This document shows, piece after piece, positions 63,618-64,000 of a stretch of DNA of 64,000 bases (the stretch's first letter is position 1; every line of letters begins with the position of its first letter). The translations under genes and the position numbers were made by a program. This DNA comes from Octopus sinensis. Lineage: Eukaryota. The stretch is taken from assembly GCF_006345805.1 (NCBI RefSeq), contig NC_042998.1, positions 32,612,001-32,676,000 on the forward strand. The letters run 5' to 3'. The notes under the pieces were generated by a model. The model was not told where the DNA came from, did no database searches, and saw only the letters and a program-made list of their open reading frames with translations.

Positions 63618-64000
63618 TATTGTCCTGAAACTTCACTAAAAATAAATAAGGGCTCTTTGTTGCAATAAAGAGTAGTCTGTTTTCAATGTGTAAATACACA
63701 CACACATACACACACGATACACACACACATACACATGCAAGTGCATGTAGATTGATGGTTCTGATGCTTCCAGGATTCTTGTAAAGCAAAACATCAAATA
63801 TATTTTATACAGATGTAATGACCAACAAAAGAATAAAATGAAATTAAATATGTTGGATGCATAATATAATGCCTGACAGAATGTTAAAAGATTTAGGATG
63901 GTTGCAGATTAAATGTTAAGGTTAAAAGACTTCCATTCGGTGATAGATGAGAAATAAATTTTTCAACTGACCACACAAAACAATAATGTACAAATCCTGT

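Overview
AT-rich, repeat-dense eukaryotic DNA. The repeat repertoire (tRNA-headed SINEs, RTE, CR1 and R4/Dong-type LINE remnants, (AAT)n/(CAT)n/(TA)n microsatellites) is most consistent with an octopod cephalopod genome; this is inferred from recognising repeats, not from a search. No complete gene is present. A few short minus-strand segments with good splice signals (best: 13127-13322 and 20886-20927) may be exons of an unidentified host gene with long introns. Most ORFs in the track are microsatellite, minisatellite or repeat artefacts, or decayed LINE/transposase fragments. The most notable observation is a ~170-210 bp dispersed repeat family (about 10 full or partial copies) carrying a minimal type I hammerhead ribozyme: stem I GACAC/GUGUU, CUGAUGA, stem II, GAAAC-GUU, with a palindromic zero-loop stem III. 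It occurs in inverted-plus-tandem arrangements typical of Penelope-like/retrozyme elements, and at one locus lies downstream of a tRNA-like Pol III head. Other points of interest are a 36-bp minisatellite with two open frames, Dong/R4-like LINEs at (AAT)n tracts including a chimeric copy, an RTE with a Cys/His finger inside its RT region, Helitron/Helentron-like elements, a 300-bp foldback element, and several composite or nested SINEs. Coordinates were counted by hand and repeat boundaries are approximate.
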